Shown here: positions 11,752-27,800 of the stretch, piece after piece
How positions within the stretch are numbered: the first letter of the stretch is position 1
How the letters are laid out: each line of letters begins with the position of its first letter
NCBI GenBank assembly: GCA_032718475.1
Contig: JAUCBJ010003389.1
Location: 1-32,514, forward strand
Length of the DNA: 32,514 nt
DNA from: Nemertoderma westbladi
Lineage: Eukaryota; Animalia; Xenacoelomorpha
Direction: 5' to 3'
The notes under the pieces: model-generated
Seen by the model: the letters and a program-made list of their open reading frames with translations, nothing else
Told to the model about the DNA's origin: nothing
Database searches by the model: none
Program-made: the position numbers and the translations under genes

Positions 11752-12562
11752 AATAGGGAGGTGAAACTATCTCTGTTACAAATTTCTTGCAATCTCATTG
11801 GACACAGATAATCAGAAAGACACACTGCCGCGTACTGTAGGTATACCATTATTCCCGTACCGTATCATTGCGGGCAAATCAGATGGTTTTTTGCATTTTT
11901 CTTAAAAACGATACTTTTAGGAAAGTGATGTTATGGCGCTATGGTCTCGAATATCAACTCAACATGTCTAATAAAATAGAAAATTAATCGTCTTTTATTT
12001 GACTATAATTTATTATTAGGTTTGCCAACAAAGAAACAACAGGAACTTATAGATTCCTCTATTCCCGTTGTCATTCCATCTCTAAAGAGTCCACCCTTCA
12101 GTAGTGGGGCGAATAAACCCCATAGCAAACCTATGGATAATGGATCTTCATTGCCCGGTTAGTATAGCTAACTGCCCTACTATTACTGATACTCTAGACA
12201 TAGACATACCACCTTTATTGTAAGTGTTGATTATTTCCACGCCTTGACCTAAAATTATCACACAATTCGACAAGACTTAAATGTTCATAAATATTGGTAA
12301 ACGTCCAAGAAAGGTTGGAGGTACATCAAAATTAATCTCTCCTCACGGGAAAATCGCGCATAACTAATTACCAAAATTGTAAACTGCTCTATAATAGACT
12401 CGCGTTTATTGTTTTGGTTATAATAACGTATCACTATAGACTTATACACACTGTATGTAGACAATACATACAGTACATACAATACATACAGACTGTAAGT
12501 ACACTGTGTGTATGTAGACGATGTGCACGTGGTGTATACGTTGTCGTCTTACTTATTACCAG

Positions 12563-12868
12563 GTGTATCAAATCTGCGCCCTACTCCGGCCTCTACTGCT
12601 GATACCACGTATTACCCTCGTCACGCGGTTCCCAGGGTAACAGCCACCAAAATCCGCCCCCCACCGGTCCAACCAGAACCCGCCATCATCAACCAACCAA
12701 TAGGAGGTGATGCTCTGTTTGTAAGGAGACATAAATTCCCTGAGTTGACCAATGAGAGCAGCGCTAGCAGGGAGTACCTTGCTGCCGCTGATACCTTGAA
12801 ACAACTCGGCAGTATGGCAAGAAACCTGGCCACTCCGGATTTCTGTATGGATAACACCATACCTAGAG
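12563..12868 (+). CDS. Candidate internal coding exon (306 nt, phase 1-1) of an unidentified gene: VSNLRPTPAS...NQPIGGDALFVRRHKFPEL...LATPDFCMDNTIPR
   Basis: A GC-richer open frame within AT-rich DNA. It is preceded by a pyrimidine-rich acceptor TTGTCGTCTTACTTATTACCAG (AG at 12561-12562) and ends at donor AG|GTTTGT (GT at 12869). Its length is a multiple of 3. The protein family is not recognised and no upstream exons were identified. Confidence 0.65.
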
Positions 12869-15800
12869 GTTTGTTTATGTATGGATAACAGATAACACCA
12901 TACCTCGAGGTTTGTTTATGTATGGATAACAGAACACCATACCTAGAGGTTTGTTTATGTATGGATAACACCATATCTCGAGGTTTGTTTATGTATGGAT
13001 AACACCATACCTAGAGGTTTGTTTGGATAACACCATACCTAGAGGTTTGTTTGGATAACACCATATCTCGAGGTTTGTTTCTGTATGGATAACACCATAC
13101 CTCGAGGTTTGTTTATGTATGGATAACACCATATCTCGAGGTTTGTTTATGTATGGATAACACCATACCTCGAGGTTTGTTTATGTATGGATAACACCAT
13201 ATCTCGAGGTTTGTTTATGTATGGATAACACCATATCTCGAGGTTTGTTTATGTATGGATAACACCATACCTAGAGGTTTGTTTGGATAACACCATATCT
13301 CGAGGTTTGTTTATGTATGGATAACACCATATCTCGAGGTTTGTTTATGTATGGATAACACCATATCTCGAGGTTTGTTTATGTATGGATAACACCATAT
13401 CTCGAGGTTTGTTTATGTATGGATAACACCATACCTAGAGGTTTGTTTGGATAACACCATACCTCGAGGTTTGTTTATGTATGGATAACGCCGTATCTCG
13501 AGGTTTGTTTATGTATGGATAACACCATATCTCGAGGTTTGTTTATGTATGGATAACACCATATCTCGAGGTTTGTTTATGTATGGATAACACCATACCT
13601 AGAGGTTTGTTTGGATAACACCATACCTCGAGGTTTGTTTATATGTATGGATAACACCATATCTCGAGGTTTGTTTATGTATGGATAACACCATACCTAG
13701 AGGTTTGTTTGGATAACACCATACCTCGAGGTTTGTTTATATGTATGGATAACACCATATCTCGAGGTTTGTTTATGTATGGATAACACCATATCTCGAG
13801 GTTTGTTTATGTTTGGATAACACCATACCTAGAGGTTTGTTTATATGTATGGATAACACCATATCTCGAGGTTTGTTTATGTATGGATAACACCATACCT
13901 AGAGGTTTGTTTGGATAACACTATATCTCGAGGTTTGTTTATGTATGGATAACACCATACCTCGAGGTTTGTTTATGTATGGATAACACCATACCTAGAG
14001 GTTTGTTTGGATAACACCATATCTCGAGGTTTGTTTATGTATGGATAACACCATATCTCGAGGTTTGTTTATGTATGGATAACACCATATCTCGAGGTTT
14101 GTTTATGTATGGATAACACCATATCTCGAGGTTTGTTTATGTATGGATAACACCATACCTAGAGGTTTGTTTGGATAACACCATACCTCGAGGTTTGTTT
14201 ATGTATGGATAACACCATATCTCGAGGTTTGTTTATGTATGGATAACACCATACCTAGAGGTTTGTTTGGATAACACCATACCTCGAGGTTTGTTTATGT
14301 ATGGATAACACCACATCTCGAGGTTTGTTTATGTATGGATAACACCATACCTAGAGGTTTGTTTGGATAACACCATACCTCGAGGTTTGTTTATGTATGG
14401 ATAACACCATATCTCGAGGTTTGTTTATGTATGGATAACACCATATCTCGAGGTTTGTTTATATGTATGGATAACACCATATCTCGAGGTTTGTTTATAT
14501 GTATGGATAACACCATACCTCGAGGTTTGTTTATGTATGGATAACACCGTATCTTGGGGTTTGTTTATGTATGGATAACACCATACCTCGACGTTTGTTT
14601 ATGTATGGATAACACCATACCTAGAGGTTTGTTTGGATAACACCATACCTCGAGGTTTGTTTATGTATGGATAACACCATATCTCGAGGTTTGTTTATGT
14701 ATGGATAACACCATATCTCGAGGTTTGTTTATATGTATGGATAACACCATATCTCGAGGTTTGTTTATATGTATGGATAACACCATACCTCGAGGTTTGT
14801 TTATGTATGGATAACACCGTATCTCGGGGTTTGTTTATGTATGGATAACACCATACCTCGACGTTTGTTTATGTATGGATAACACCATACCTAGAGGTTT
14901 GTTTGGATAACACCATACCTCGAGGTTTGTTTATGTATGGATAACACCATATCTCGAGGTTTGTTTCTGTATGGATAACACCATACCTCGAGGTTTGTTT
15001 GGATAACACCATACCTCGAGGTTTGTTTATGTGTATGGATAACACCATATCTCGAGGTTTGTTTATGTATGGATAACACCATACCTCGAGGTTTGTATAT
15101 GTTTGGATAACACCATACCTAGAGGTTTGTTTATGTATGGATAACACCATATCTCGAGGTTTGTTTATGTTTGGATAACACCATATCTCGAGGTTTGTTT
15201 ATGTTTGGATAACACCATATCTCGAGGTTTGTTTGTATGGATAACACCATATCTCGAGGTTTGTTTCTGTATGGATAACACCATATCTCGAGGTTTGTTT
15301 ATGTATGGATAACACCATACCTCGAGGTTTGTTTATATGTATGGATAACACCATATCTCGAGGTTTGTTTATGTATGGATAACACCATACCTCGAGGTTT
15401 GTTTATATGTATGGATAACACCATATCTCGAGGTTTGTTTATGTATGGATAACACCATACCTCGAGGTTTGTTTGTATGGATAACACCGTATCTCGGGGT
15501 TTGTTTATGTATGGATAACACCTTATCTCGAGGTTTGTTTCTGTATGGATAACACCATATCTCGAGGTTTGTTTATGTATGGATAACACCATACCTCGAG
15601 GTTTGTTTATATGTATGGATAACACCATACCTCGAGGTTTGTTTATATGTATGGATAACACCATATCTCGAGGTTTGTTTATGTATGGATAACACCATAC
15701 CTCGAGGTTTGTTTATATGTATGGATAACACCATATCTCGAGGTTTGTTTCTGTATGGATAACACCATATCTCGAGGTTTGTTTCTGTATGGATAACACC

Positions 15801-18800
15801 ATACCTAGAGGTTTGTTTGGATAACACCATATCTCGAGGTTTGTTTCTGTATGGATAACACCATATCTCGAGGTTTGTTTCTGTATGGATAACACCATAT
15901 CTCGAGGTTTGTTTCTGTATGGATAACACCATATCTCGAGGTTTGTTTCTGTATGGATAACACCATATCTCGAGGTTTGTTTCTGTATGGATAACACCAT
16001 ATCTCGAGGTTTGTTTATGTATGGATAACACCATACCTAGAAGTTTGTTTGGATAACACCATATCTCGAGGTTTGTTTCTGTATGGATAACACCATATCT
16101 CGAGGTTTGTTTCTGTATGGATAACACCATACCTCGAGGTTTGTTTCTGTATGGATAACACCATATCTCGAGGTTTGTTTCTGTATGGATAACACCATAT
16201 CTCGAGGTTTGTTTATGTATGGATAACACCATACCTAGAGGTTTGTTTGGATAACACCATACCTCGAGGTTTGTTTATGTATGGATAACACCACATCTCG
16301 AGGTTTGTTTATGTATGGATAACACCATACCTAGAGGTTTGTTTGGATAACACCATACCTCGAGGTTTGTTTATGTATGGATAACACCATATCTCGAGGT
16401 TTGTTTATGTATGGATAACAGAACACCATACCTAGAGGTTTGTTTGGATAACACCATACCTCGAGGTTTGTTTATATGTATGGATAACACCATATCTCGA
16501 GGTTTGTTTATGTATGGATAACACCATATCTCGAGGTTTGTTTATGTATGGATAACACCATACCTCGAGGTTTGTTTGTATGGATAACACCGTATCTCGG
16601 GGTTTGTTTATGTATGGATAACACCATATCTCGAGGTTTGTTTCTGTATGGATAACACCATATCTCGAGGTTTGTTTATGTATGGATAACACCATACCTC
16701 GAGGTTTGTTTATATGTATGGATTACACCATACCTCGAGGTTTGTTTATATGTATGGATAACACCATATCTCGAGGTTTGTTTATGTATGGATAACACCA
16801 TACCTAGAGGTTTGTTTGGATAACACCATATCTCGAGGTTTGTTTCTGTATGGATAACACCATATCTCGAGGTTTGTTTCTGTATGGATAACACCATATC
16901 TCGAGGTTTGTTTCTGTATGGATAACACCATATCTCGAGGTTTGTTTATATGTATGGATAACACCATACCTCGAGGTTTGTTTATGTATGGATAACACCA
17001 TATCTCGAGGTTTGTTTCTGTATGGATAACACCATATCTCGAGGTTTGTTTCTGTATGGATAACACCATACCTCGAGGTTTGTTTGGATAACACCATATC
17101 TCGAGGTTTGTTTATGTATGGATAACACCATATCTCGAGGTTTGTTTATATGTATGGATAACACCATACCTCGAGGTTTGTTTATGTATGGATAACACCA
17201 TATCTCGAGGTTTGTTTATGTATGGATAACACCATACCTCGAGGTTTGTTTATGTATGGATAACACCATATCTCGAGGTTTGTTTATGTATGGATAACAC
17301 CATATCTCGAGGTTTGTTTATGTATGGATAACACCATACCTAGAGGTTTGTTTGGATAACACCATATCTCGAGGTTTGTTTATGTATGGATAACACCATA
17401 TCTCGAGGTTTGTTTATGTATGGATAACACCATATCTCGAGGTTTGTTTATGTATGGATAACACCATATCTCGAGGTTTGTTTATGTATGGATAACACCA
17501 TACCTAGAGGTTTGTTTGGATAACACCATACCTCGAGGTTTGTTTATGTATGGATAACACCATATCTCGAGGTTTGTTTATGTATGGATAACACCATACC
17601 TAGAGGTTTGTTTGGATAACACTATATCTCGAGGTTTGTTTATGTATGGATAACACCATACCTCGAGGTTTGTTTATGTATGGATAACACCATACCTAGA
17701 GGTTTCTTTGGATAACACCATATCTCGAGGTTTGTTTATGTATGGATAACACCATATCTCGAGGTTTGTTTATGTATGGATAACACCATATCTCGAGGTT
17801 TGTTTATGTATGGATAACACCATATCTCGAGGTTTGTTTATGTATGGATAACACCATACCTAGAGGTTTGTTTGGATAACACCATACCTCGAGGTTTGTT
17901 TATGTATGGATAACACCATATCTCGAGGTTTGTTTATGTATGGATAACACCATACCTAGAGGTTTGTTTGGATAACACCATACCTCGAGGTTTGTTTATA
18001 TATGGATAACACCACATCTCGAGGTTTGTTTATGTATGGATAACACCATACCTAGAGGTTTGTTTGGATAACACCATACCTCGAGGTTTGTTTATGTATG
18101 GATAACACCATATCTCGAGGTTTGTTTATGTATGGATAACACCATATCTCGAGGTTTGTTTATATGTATGGATAACACCATATCTCGAGGTTTGTTTATA
18201 TGTATGGATAACACCATACCTCGAGGTTTGTTTATGTATGGATAACACCGTATCTTGGGGTTTGTTTATGTATGGATAACACCATACCTCGACGTTTGTT
18301 TATGTATGGATAACACCATACCTAGAGGTTTGTTTGGATAACACCATACCTCGAGGTTTGTTTATGTATGGATAACACCATATCTCGAGGTTTGTTTATG
18401 TATGGATAACACCATATCTCGAGGTTTGTTTATATGTATGGATAACACCATATCTCGAGGTTTGTTTATATGTATGGATAACACCATACCTCGAGGTTTG
18501 TTTATGTATGGATAACACCGTATCTCGGGGTTTGTTTATGTATGGATAACACCATACCTCGACGTTTGTTTATGTATGGATAACACCATACCTAGAGGTT
18601 TGTTTGGATAACACCATACCTCGAGGTTTGTTTATGTATGGATAACACCATATCTCGAGGTTTGTTTCTGTATGGATAACACCATACCTCGAGGTTTGTT
18701 TGGATAACACCATACCTCGAGGTTTGTTTATGTGTATGGATAACACCATATCTCGAGGTTTGTTTATGTATGGATAACACCATACCTCGAGGTTTGTATA

Positions 18801-21800
18801 TGTTTGGATAACACCATACCTAGAGGTTTGTTTATGTATGGATAACACCATATCTCGAGGTTTGTTTATGTTTGGATAACACCATATCTCGAGGTTTGTT
18901 TATGTTTGGATAACACCATATCTCGAGGTTTGTTTGTATGGATAACACCATATCTCGAGGTTTGTTTCTGTATGGATAACACCATATCTCGAGGTTTGTT
19001 TATGTATGGATAACACCATACCTCGAGGTTTGTTTATATGTATGGATAACACCATATCTCGAGGTTTGTTTATGTATGGATAACACCATACCTCGAGGTT
19101 TGTTTATATGTATGGATAACACCATATCTCGAGGTTTGTTTATGTATGGATAACACCATACCTCGAGGTTTGTTTGTATGGATAACACCGTATCTCGGGG
19201 TTTGTTTATGTATGGATAACACCTTATCTCGAGGTTTGTTTCTGTATGGATAACACCATATCTCGAGGTTTGTTTATGTATGGATAACACCATACCTCGA
19301 GGTTTGTTTATATGTATGGATAACACCATACCTCGAGGTTTGTTTATATGTATGGATAACACCATATCTCGAGGTTTGTTTATGTATGGATAACACCATA
19401 CCTCGAGGTTTGTTTATATGTATGGATAACACCATATCTCGAGGTTTGTTTCTGTATGGATAACACCATATCTCGAGGTTTGTTTCTGTATGGATAACAC
19501 CATACCTAGAGGTTTGTTTGGATAACACCATATCTCGAGGTTTGTTTCTGTATGGATAACACCATATCTCGAGGTTTGTTTCTGTATGGATAACACCATA
19601 TCTCGAGGTTTGTTTCTGTATGGATAACACCATATCTCGAGGTTTGTTTCTGTATGGATAACACCATATCTCGAGGTTTGTTTCTGTATGGATAACACCA
19701 TATCTCGAGGTTTGTTTATGTATGGATAACACCATACCTAGAAGTTTGTTTGGATAACACCATATCTCGAGGTTTGTTTCTGTATGGATAACACCATATC
19801 TCGAGGTTTGTTTCTGTATGGATAACACCATACCTCGAGGTTTGTTTCTGTATGGATAACACCATATCTCGAGGTTTGTTTCTGTATGGATAACACCATA
19901 TCTCGAGGTTTGTTTATGTATGGATAACACCATACCTAGAGGTTTGTTTGGATAACACCATACCTCGAGGTTTGTTTATGTATGGATAACACCACATCTC
20001 GAGGTTTGTTTATGTATGGATAACACCATACCTAGAGGTTTGTTTGGATAACACCATACCTCGTGGTTTGTTTATGTATGGATAACACCATATCTCGAGG
20101 TTTGTTTATGTATGGATAACAGAACACCATACCTAGAGGTTTGTTTGGATAACACCATACCTCGAGGTTTGTTTATATGTATGGATAACACCATATCTCG
20201 AGGTTTGTTTATGTATGGATAACACCATATCTCGAGGTTTGTTTATGTATGGATAACACCATACCTCGAGGTTTGTTTGTATGGATAACACCGTATCTCG
20301 GGGTTTGTTTATGTATGGATAACACCATATCTCGAGGTTTGTTTCTGTATGGATAACACCATATCTCGAGGTTTGTTTATGTATGGATAACACCATACCT
20401 CGAGGTTTGTTTATATGTATGGATTACACCATACCTCGAGGTTTGTTTATATGTATGGATAACACCATATCTCGAGGTTTGTTTATGTATGGATAACACC
20501 ATACCTAGAGGTTTGTTTGGATAACACCATATCTCGAGGTTTGTTTCTGTATGGATAACACCATATCTCGAGGTTTGTTTCTGTATGGATAACACCATAT
20601 CTCGAGGTTTGTTTCTGTATGGATAACACCATATCTCGAGGTTTGTTTATGTATGGATAACACCATACCTAGAGGTTTGTTTGGATAACACCATATCTCG
20701 AGGTTTGTTTCTGTATGGATAACACCATATCTCGAGGTTTGTTTCTGTATGGATAACACCATACCTCGAGGTTTGTTTGGATAACACCATATCTCGAGGT
20801 TTGTTTATGTATGGATAACACCATATCTCGAGGTTTGTTTATATGTATGGATAACACCATACCTCGAGGTTTGTTTATGTATGGATAACACCATATCTCG
20901 AGGTTTGTTTCTGTATGGATAACACCATATCTCGAGGTTTGTTTCTGTATGGATAACACCATATCTCGAGGTTTGTTTCTGTATGGATAACACCATACCT
21001 AGAGGTTTGTTTGGATAACACCATATCTCGAGGTTTGTTTCTGTATGGATAACACCATATCTCGAGGTTTGTTTCTGTATGGATAACACCATATCTCGAG
21101 GTTTGTTTCTGTATGGATAACACCATATCTCGAGGTTTGTTTATGTATTGATAACACCATACCTAGAGGTTTGTTTGGATAACACCATATCTCGAGGTTT
21201 GTTTCTGTATGGATAACACCATATCTCGAGGTTTGTTTCTGTATGGATAACACCATACCTCGAGGTTTGTTTCTGTATGGATAACACCATATCTCGAGGT
21301 TTGTTTCTGTATGGATAACACCATATCTCGAGGTTTGTTTATGTATGGATAACACCATACCTAGAGGTTTGTTTGGATAACACCATATCTCGAGGTTTGT
21401 TTCTGTATGGATAACACCATACCTCGAGGTTTGTTTCTGTATGGATAACACCATATCTCGAGGTTTGTTTCTGTATGGATAACACCATATCTCGAGGTTT
21501 GTTTCTGTATGGATAACACCATATCTCGAGGTTTGTTTCTGTATGGATAACACCATACCTCGAGGTTTGTTTCTGTATGGATAACACCATATCTCGAGGT
21601 TTGTTTCTGTATGGATAACACCATATCTCGAGGTTTGTTTCTGTATGGATAACACCATATCTCGAGGTTTGTTTATGTATGGATAACACCATACCTAGAA
21701 GTTTGTTTGGATAACACCATATCTCGAGGTTTGTTTCTGTATGGATAACACCATATCTCGAGGTTTGTTTCTGTATGGATAACACCATACCTCGAGGTTT

Positions 21801-24800
21801 GTTTATGTATGGATAACACCATACCTCGAGGTTTGTTGATTATGAATAACACCATACCTCGAGGTTTGTTTCTGTATGGATAACACCATACCTCGAGGTT
21901 TGTTTCTGTATGGATAACACCATATCTCGAGGTTTGTTTCTGTATGGATAACACCATATCTCGAGGTTTGTTTATGTATGGATAACACCATACCTAGAGG
22001 TTTGTTTGGATAACACCATACCTCGAGGTTTGTTTATATGTATGGATAACACCATATCTCGAGGTTTGTTTATGTATGGATAACACCATACCTCGAGGTT
22101 TGTTTGTATGGATAACACCGTATCTCGGGGTTTGTTTATGTATGGATAACACCATATCTCGAGGTTTGTTTCTGTATGGATAACACCATATCTCGAGGTT
22201 TGTTTATGTATGGATAACACCATACCTCGAGGTTTGTTTATATGTATGGATTACACCATACCTCGAGGTTTGTTTATATGTATGGATCTCGAGGTTTGTT
22301 TATGTATGGATAACACCATACCTAGAGGTTTGTTTGGATAACACCATATCTCGAGGTTTGTTTATATGTATGGATAACACCATATCTCGAGGTTTGTTTA
22401 TATGTATGGATAACACTATATCTCGAGGTTTGTTTATGTATGGATAACACCATACCTAGAGGTTTGTTTGGATAACACCATATCTCGAGGTTTGTTTATA
22501 TGTATGGATAACACCATATCTCGAGGTTTGTTTATATGTATGGATAACACTATATCTCGAGGTTTGTTTATGTATGGATAACACCATACCTAGAGGTTTG
22601 TTTGGATAACACCATATCTCGAGGTTTGTTTATATGTATGGATAACACCATATCTCGAGGTTTGTTTATATGTATGGATAACACTATATCTCGAGGTTTG
22701 TTTATGTATGGATAACACCATACCTCGAGGTTTGTTTGTATGGATAACACCGTATCTCGGGGTTTGTTTATGTATGGATAACACCGTATCTCGGGGTTTG
22801 TTTCTGTATGGATAACACCATATCTCGAGGTTTGTTTATGTATGGATAACACCATACCTAGAGGTTTGTTTGGATAACACCATACCTCGAGGTTTGTTTA
22901 TATGTATGGATAACACCATATCTCGAGGTTTGTTTATGTATGGATAACACCATACCTCGAGGTTTGTTTGTATGGATAACACCGTATCTCGGGGTTTGTT
23001 TATGTATGGATAACACCATATCTCGAGGTTTGTTTCTGTATGGATAACACCATATCTCGAGGTTTGTTTATGTATGGATAACACCATACCTCGAGGTTTG
23101 TTTATATGTATGGATTACACCATACCTCGAGGTTTGTTTATATGTATGGATCTCGAGGTTTGTTTATGTATGGATAACACCATACCTAGAGGTTTGTTTG
23201 GATAACACCATATCTCGAGGTTTGTTTATATGTATGGATAACACCATATCTCGAGGTTTGTTTATGTATGGATAACACCATACCTCGAGGTTTGTTTGTA
23301 TGGATAACACCGTATCTCGGGGTTTGTTTATGTATGGATAACACCATATCTCGAGGTTTGTTTCTGTATGGATAACACCATATCTCGAGGTTTGTTTATG
23401 TATGGATAACACCATACCTCGAGGTTTGTTTATATGTATGGATTACACCATACCTCGAGGTTTGTTTATATGTATGGATAACACCATATCTCGAGGTTTG
23501 TTTATGTTTGGATAACACCATATCTCGAGGTTTGTTTCTGTATGGATAACACCATACCTCGAGGTTTGTTTATGTATGGATAACACCATATCTCGAGGTT
23601 TGTTTCTGTATGGATAACACCATATCTCGAGGTTTGTTTATGTATGGATAACACCATACCTCGAGGTTTGTTTATATGTATGGATAACACCATATCTCGA
23701 GGTTTGTTTATGTATGGATTACACCATACCTCGAGGTTTGTTTATATGTATGGATAACACCATACCTAGAGGTTTGTTTGGATAACACCATACCTCGAGG
23801 TTTGTTTATGTATGGATAACACCATATCTCGAGGTTTGTTTATGTATGGATAACACCATATCTCGAGGTTTGTTTATGTATGGATAACACCATACCTCGA
23901 GGTTTGTTTATATGTATGGATTACACCATACCTCGAGGTTTGTTTATATGTATGGATAACACCATATCTCGAGGTTTGTTTATGTATGGATAACACCATA
24001 CCTCGAGGTTTGTTTATATGTATGGATTACACCATACCTCGAGGTTTGTTTATATGTATGGATAACACCATATCTCGAGGTTTGTTTATGTATGGATAAC
24101 ACCATACCTAGAGGTTTGTTTGGATAACACCATACCTCGAGGTTTGTTTATATGTATGGATAACACCATATCTCGAGGTTTGTTTCTGTATGGATAACAC
24201 CATATCTCGAGGTTTGTTTATGTATGGATAACACCATATCTCGAGGTTTGTTTATGTATGGATAACACCATACCTCGAGGTTTGTTTATGTATGGATAAC
24301 ACCATATCTCGAGGTTTGTTTATGTATGGATAACACCATACCTCGAGGTTTGTTTGTATGGATAACACCGTATCTCGGGGTTTGTTTATGTATGGATAAC
24401 ACCATATCTCGAGGTTTGTTTCTGTATGGATAACACCATATCTCGAGGTTTGTTTATGTATGGATAACACCATACCTCGAGGTTTGTTTATATGTATGGA
24501 TTACACCATACCTCGAGGTTTGTTTATATGTATGGATAACACCATATCTCGAGGTTTGTTTATGTTTGGATAACACCATATCTCGAGGTTTGTTTCTGTA
24601 TGGATAACACCATACCTCGAGGTTTGTTTATGTATGGATAACACCATATCTCGAGGTTTGTTTCTGTATGGATAACACCATATCTCGAGGTTTGTTTATG
24701 TATGGATAACACCATACCTCGAGGTTTGTTTATATGCATGGATTACACCATACCTCGAGGTTTGTTTATATGTATGGATAACACCATACCTAGAGGTTTG

Positions 24801-27800
24801 TTTGGATAACACCATACCTCGAGGTTTGTTTATGTATGGATAACACCATATCTCGAGGTTTGTTTATGTATGGATAACACCATACCTCGAGGTTTGTTTA
24901 TGTATGGATAACACCATATCTCGAGGTTTGTTTATGTATGGATAACACCATACCTCGAGGTTTGTTTGTATGGATAACACCGTATCTCGGGGTTTGTTTA
25001 TGTATGGATAACACCATATCTCGAGGTTTGTTTCTGTATGGATAACACCATATCTCGAGGTTTGTTTATGTATGGATAACACCATACCTCGAGGTTTGTT
25101 TATATGTATGGATTACACCATACCTCGAGGTTTGTTTATATGTATGGATAACACCATATCTCGAGGTTTGTTTATGTATGGATAACACCATACCTAGAGG
25201 TTTGTTTGGATAACACCATATCTCGAGGTTTGTTTCTGTATGGATAACACCATATCTCGAGGTTTGTTTATGTATGGATAACACCATACCTCGAGGTTTG
25301 TTTATGTTTGGATAACACCATATCTCGAGGTTTGTTTCTGTATGGATAACACCATATCTCGAGGTTTGTTTCTGTATGGATAACACCATATCTCGAGGTT
25401 TGTTTATGTATGGATAACACCATACCTAGAGGTTTGTTTGGATAACACCATATCTCGAGGTTTGTTTCTGTATGGATAACACCATATCTCGAGGTTTGTT
25501 TCTGTATGGATAACACCATATCTCGAGGTTTGTTTATATGTATGGATAACACCATACCTCGAGGTTTGTTTATGTATGGATAACACCATATCTCGAGGTT
25601 TGTTTCTGTATGGATAACACCATATCTCGAGGTTTGTTTCTGTATGGATAACACCATATCTCGAGGTTTGTTTCTGTATGGATAACACCATACCTAGAGG
25701 TTTGTTTGGATAACACCATATCTCGAGGTTTGTTTCTGTATGGATAACACCATATCTCGAGGTTTGTTTCTGTATGGATAACACCATATCTCGAGGTTTG
25801 TTTCTGTATGGATAACACCATATCTCGAGGTTTGTTTATGTATGGATAACACCATACCTAGAGGTATGTTTGGATAACACCATATCTCGAGGTTTGTTTC
25901 TGTATGGATAACACCATATCTCGAGGTTTGTTTCTGTATGGATAACACCATACCTCGAGGTTTGTTTCTGTATGGATAACACCATATCTCGAGGTTTGTT
26001 TCTGTATGGATAACACCATATCTCGAGGTTTGTTTATGTATGGATAACACCATACCTCGAGGTTTGTTTCTGTATGGATAACACCGTATCTCGGGGTTTG
26101 TTTCTGTATGGATAACACCATATCTCGAGGTTTGTTTCTGTATGGATAACACCATATCTCGAGGTTTGTTTATGTATGGATAACACCATACCTAGAGGTT
26201 TGTTTGGATAACACCATACCTCGAGGTTTGTTTATATGTATGGATAACACCATATCTCGAGGTTTGTTTATGTATGGATAACACCATACCTCGAGGTTTG
26301 TTTGTATGGATAACACCGTATCTCGGGGTTTGTTTATGTATGGATAACACCATATCTCGAGGTTTGTTTCTGTATGGATAACACCATATCTCGAGGTTTG
26401 TTTATGTATGGATAACACCATATCTCGAGGTTTGTTTATGTATGGATAACACCATATCTCGAGGTTTGTTTATGTTTGGATAACACCATACCTAGAGGTT
26501 TGTTTATATGTATGGATTACACCATACCTCGAGGTTTGTTTATATGTATGGATAACACCATACCTCGAGGTTTGTTTATATGTATGGATAACACCATATC
26601 TCGAGGTTTGTTTATGTATGGATAACACCATACCTCGAGGTTTGTTTATATGTATGGATAACACCATATCTCGAGGTTTGTTTCTGTATGGATAACACCA
26701 TATCTCGAGGTTTGTTTCTGTATGGATAACACCATACCTAGAGGTTTGTTTGAATAACACCATATCTCGAGGTTTGTTTCTGTATGGATAACACCATACC
26801 TCGAGGTTTGTTTGTATGGATAACACCGTATCTCGGGGTTTGTTTATGTATGGATAACACCATATCTCGAGGTTTGTTTCTGTATGGATAACACCATATC
26901 TCGAGGTTTGTTTATGTATGGATAACACCATATCTCGAGGTTTGTTTATGTATGGATAACACCATATCTCGAGGTTTGTTTATGTTTGGATAACACCATA
27001 CCTAGAGGTTTGTTTATATGTATGGATTACACCATACCTCGAGGTTTGTTTATATGTATGGATAACACCATACCTCGAGGTTTGTTTATATGTATGGATA
27101 ACACCATATCTCGAGGTTTGTTTATGTATGGATAACACCATACCTCGAGGTTTGTTTATGTTTGGATAACACCATACCTAGAGGTTTGTTTATATGTATG
27201 GATTACACCATACCTCGAGGTTTGTTTATATGTATGGATAACACCATATCTCGAGGTTTGTTTCTGTATGGATAACACCATATCTCGAGGTTTGTTTATG
27301 TATGGATAACACCATATCTCGAGGTTTGTTTATGTATGGATAACACCATATCTCGAGGTTTGTTTATGTTTGGATAACACCATACCTAGAGGTTTGTTTA
27401 TATGTATGGATTACACCATACCTCGAGGTTTGTTTATATGTATGGATAACACCATACCTCGAGGTTTGTTTATATGTATGGATAACACCATATCTCGAGG
27501 TTTGTTTATGTATGGATAACACCATACCTCGAGGTTTGTTTATATGTATGGATAACACCATATCTCGAGGTTTGTTTCTGTATGGATAACACCATATCTC
27601 GAGGTTTGTTTCTGTATGGATAACACCATACCTAGAGGTTTGTTTGAATAACACCATATCTCGAGGTTTGTTTCTGTATGGATAACACCATACCTAGAGG
27701 TTTGTTTGAATAACACCATATCTCGAGGTTTGTTTATATGTATGGATAACACCATACCTCGAGGTTTGTTTATATGTATGGATAACACCATACCTCGAGG

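Noticed and set aside
4357-12974. Short ORFs 4357-4539, 12285-12482, 12414-12602, 12568-12804 and 12621-12974
   Set aside because: They have no recognisable motifs and lie in repeat or low-complexity DNA, or are antisense shadows of the candidate exon.
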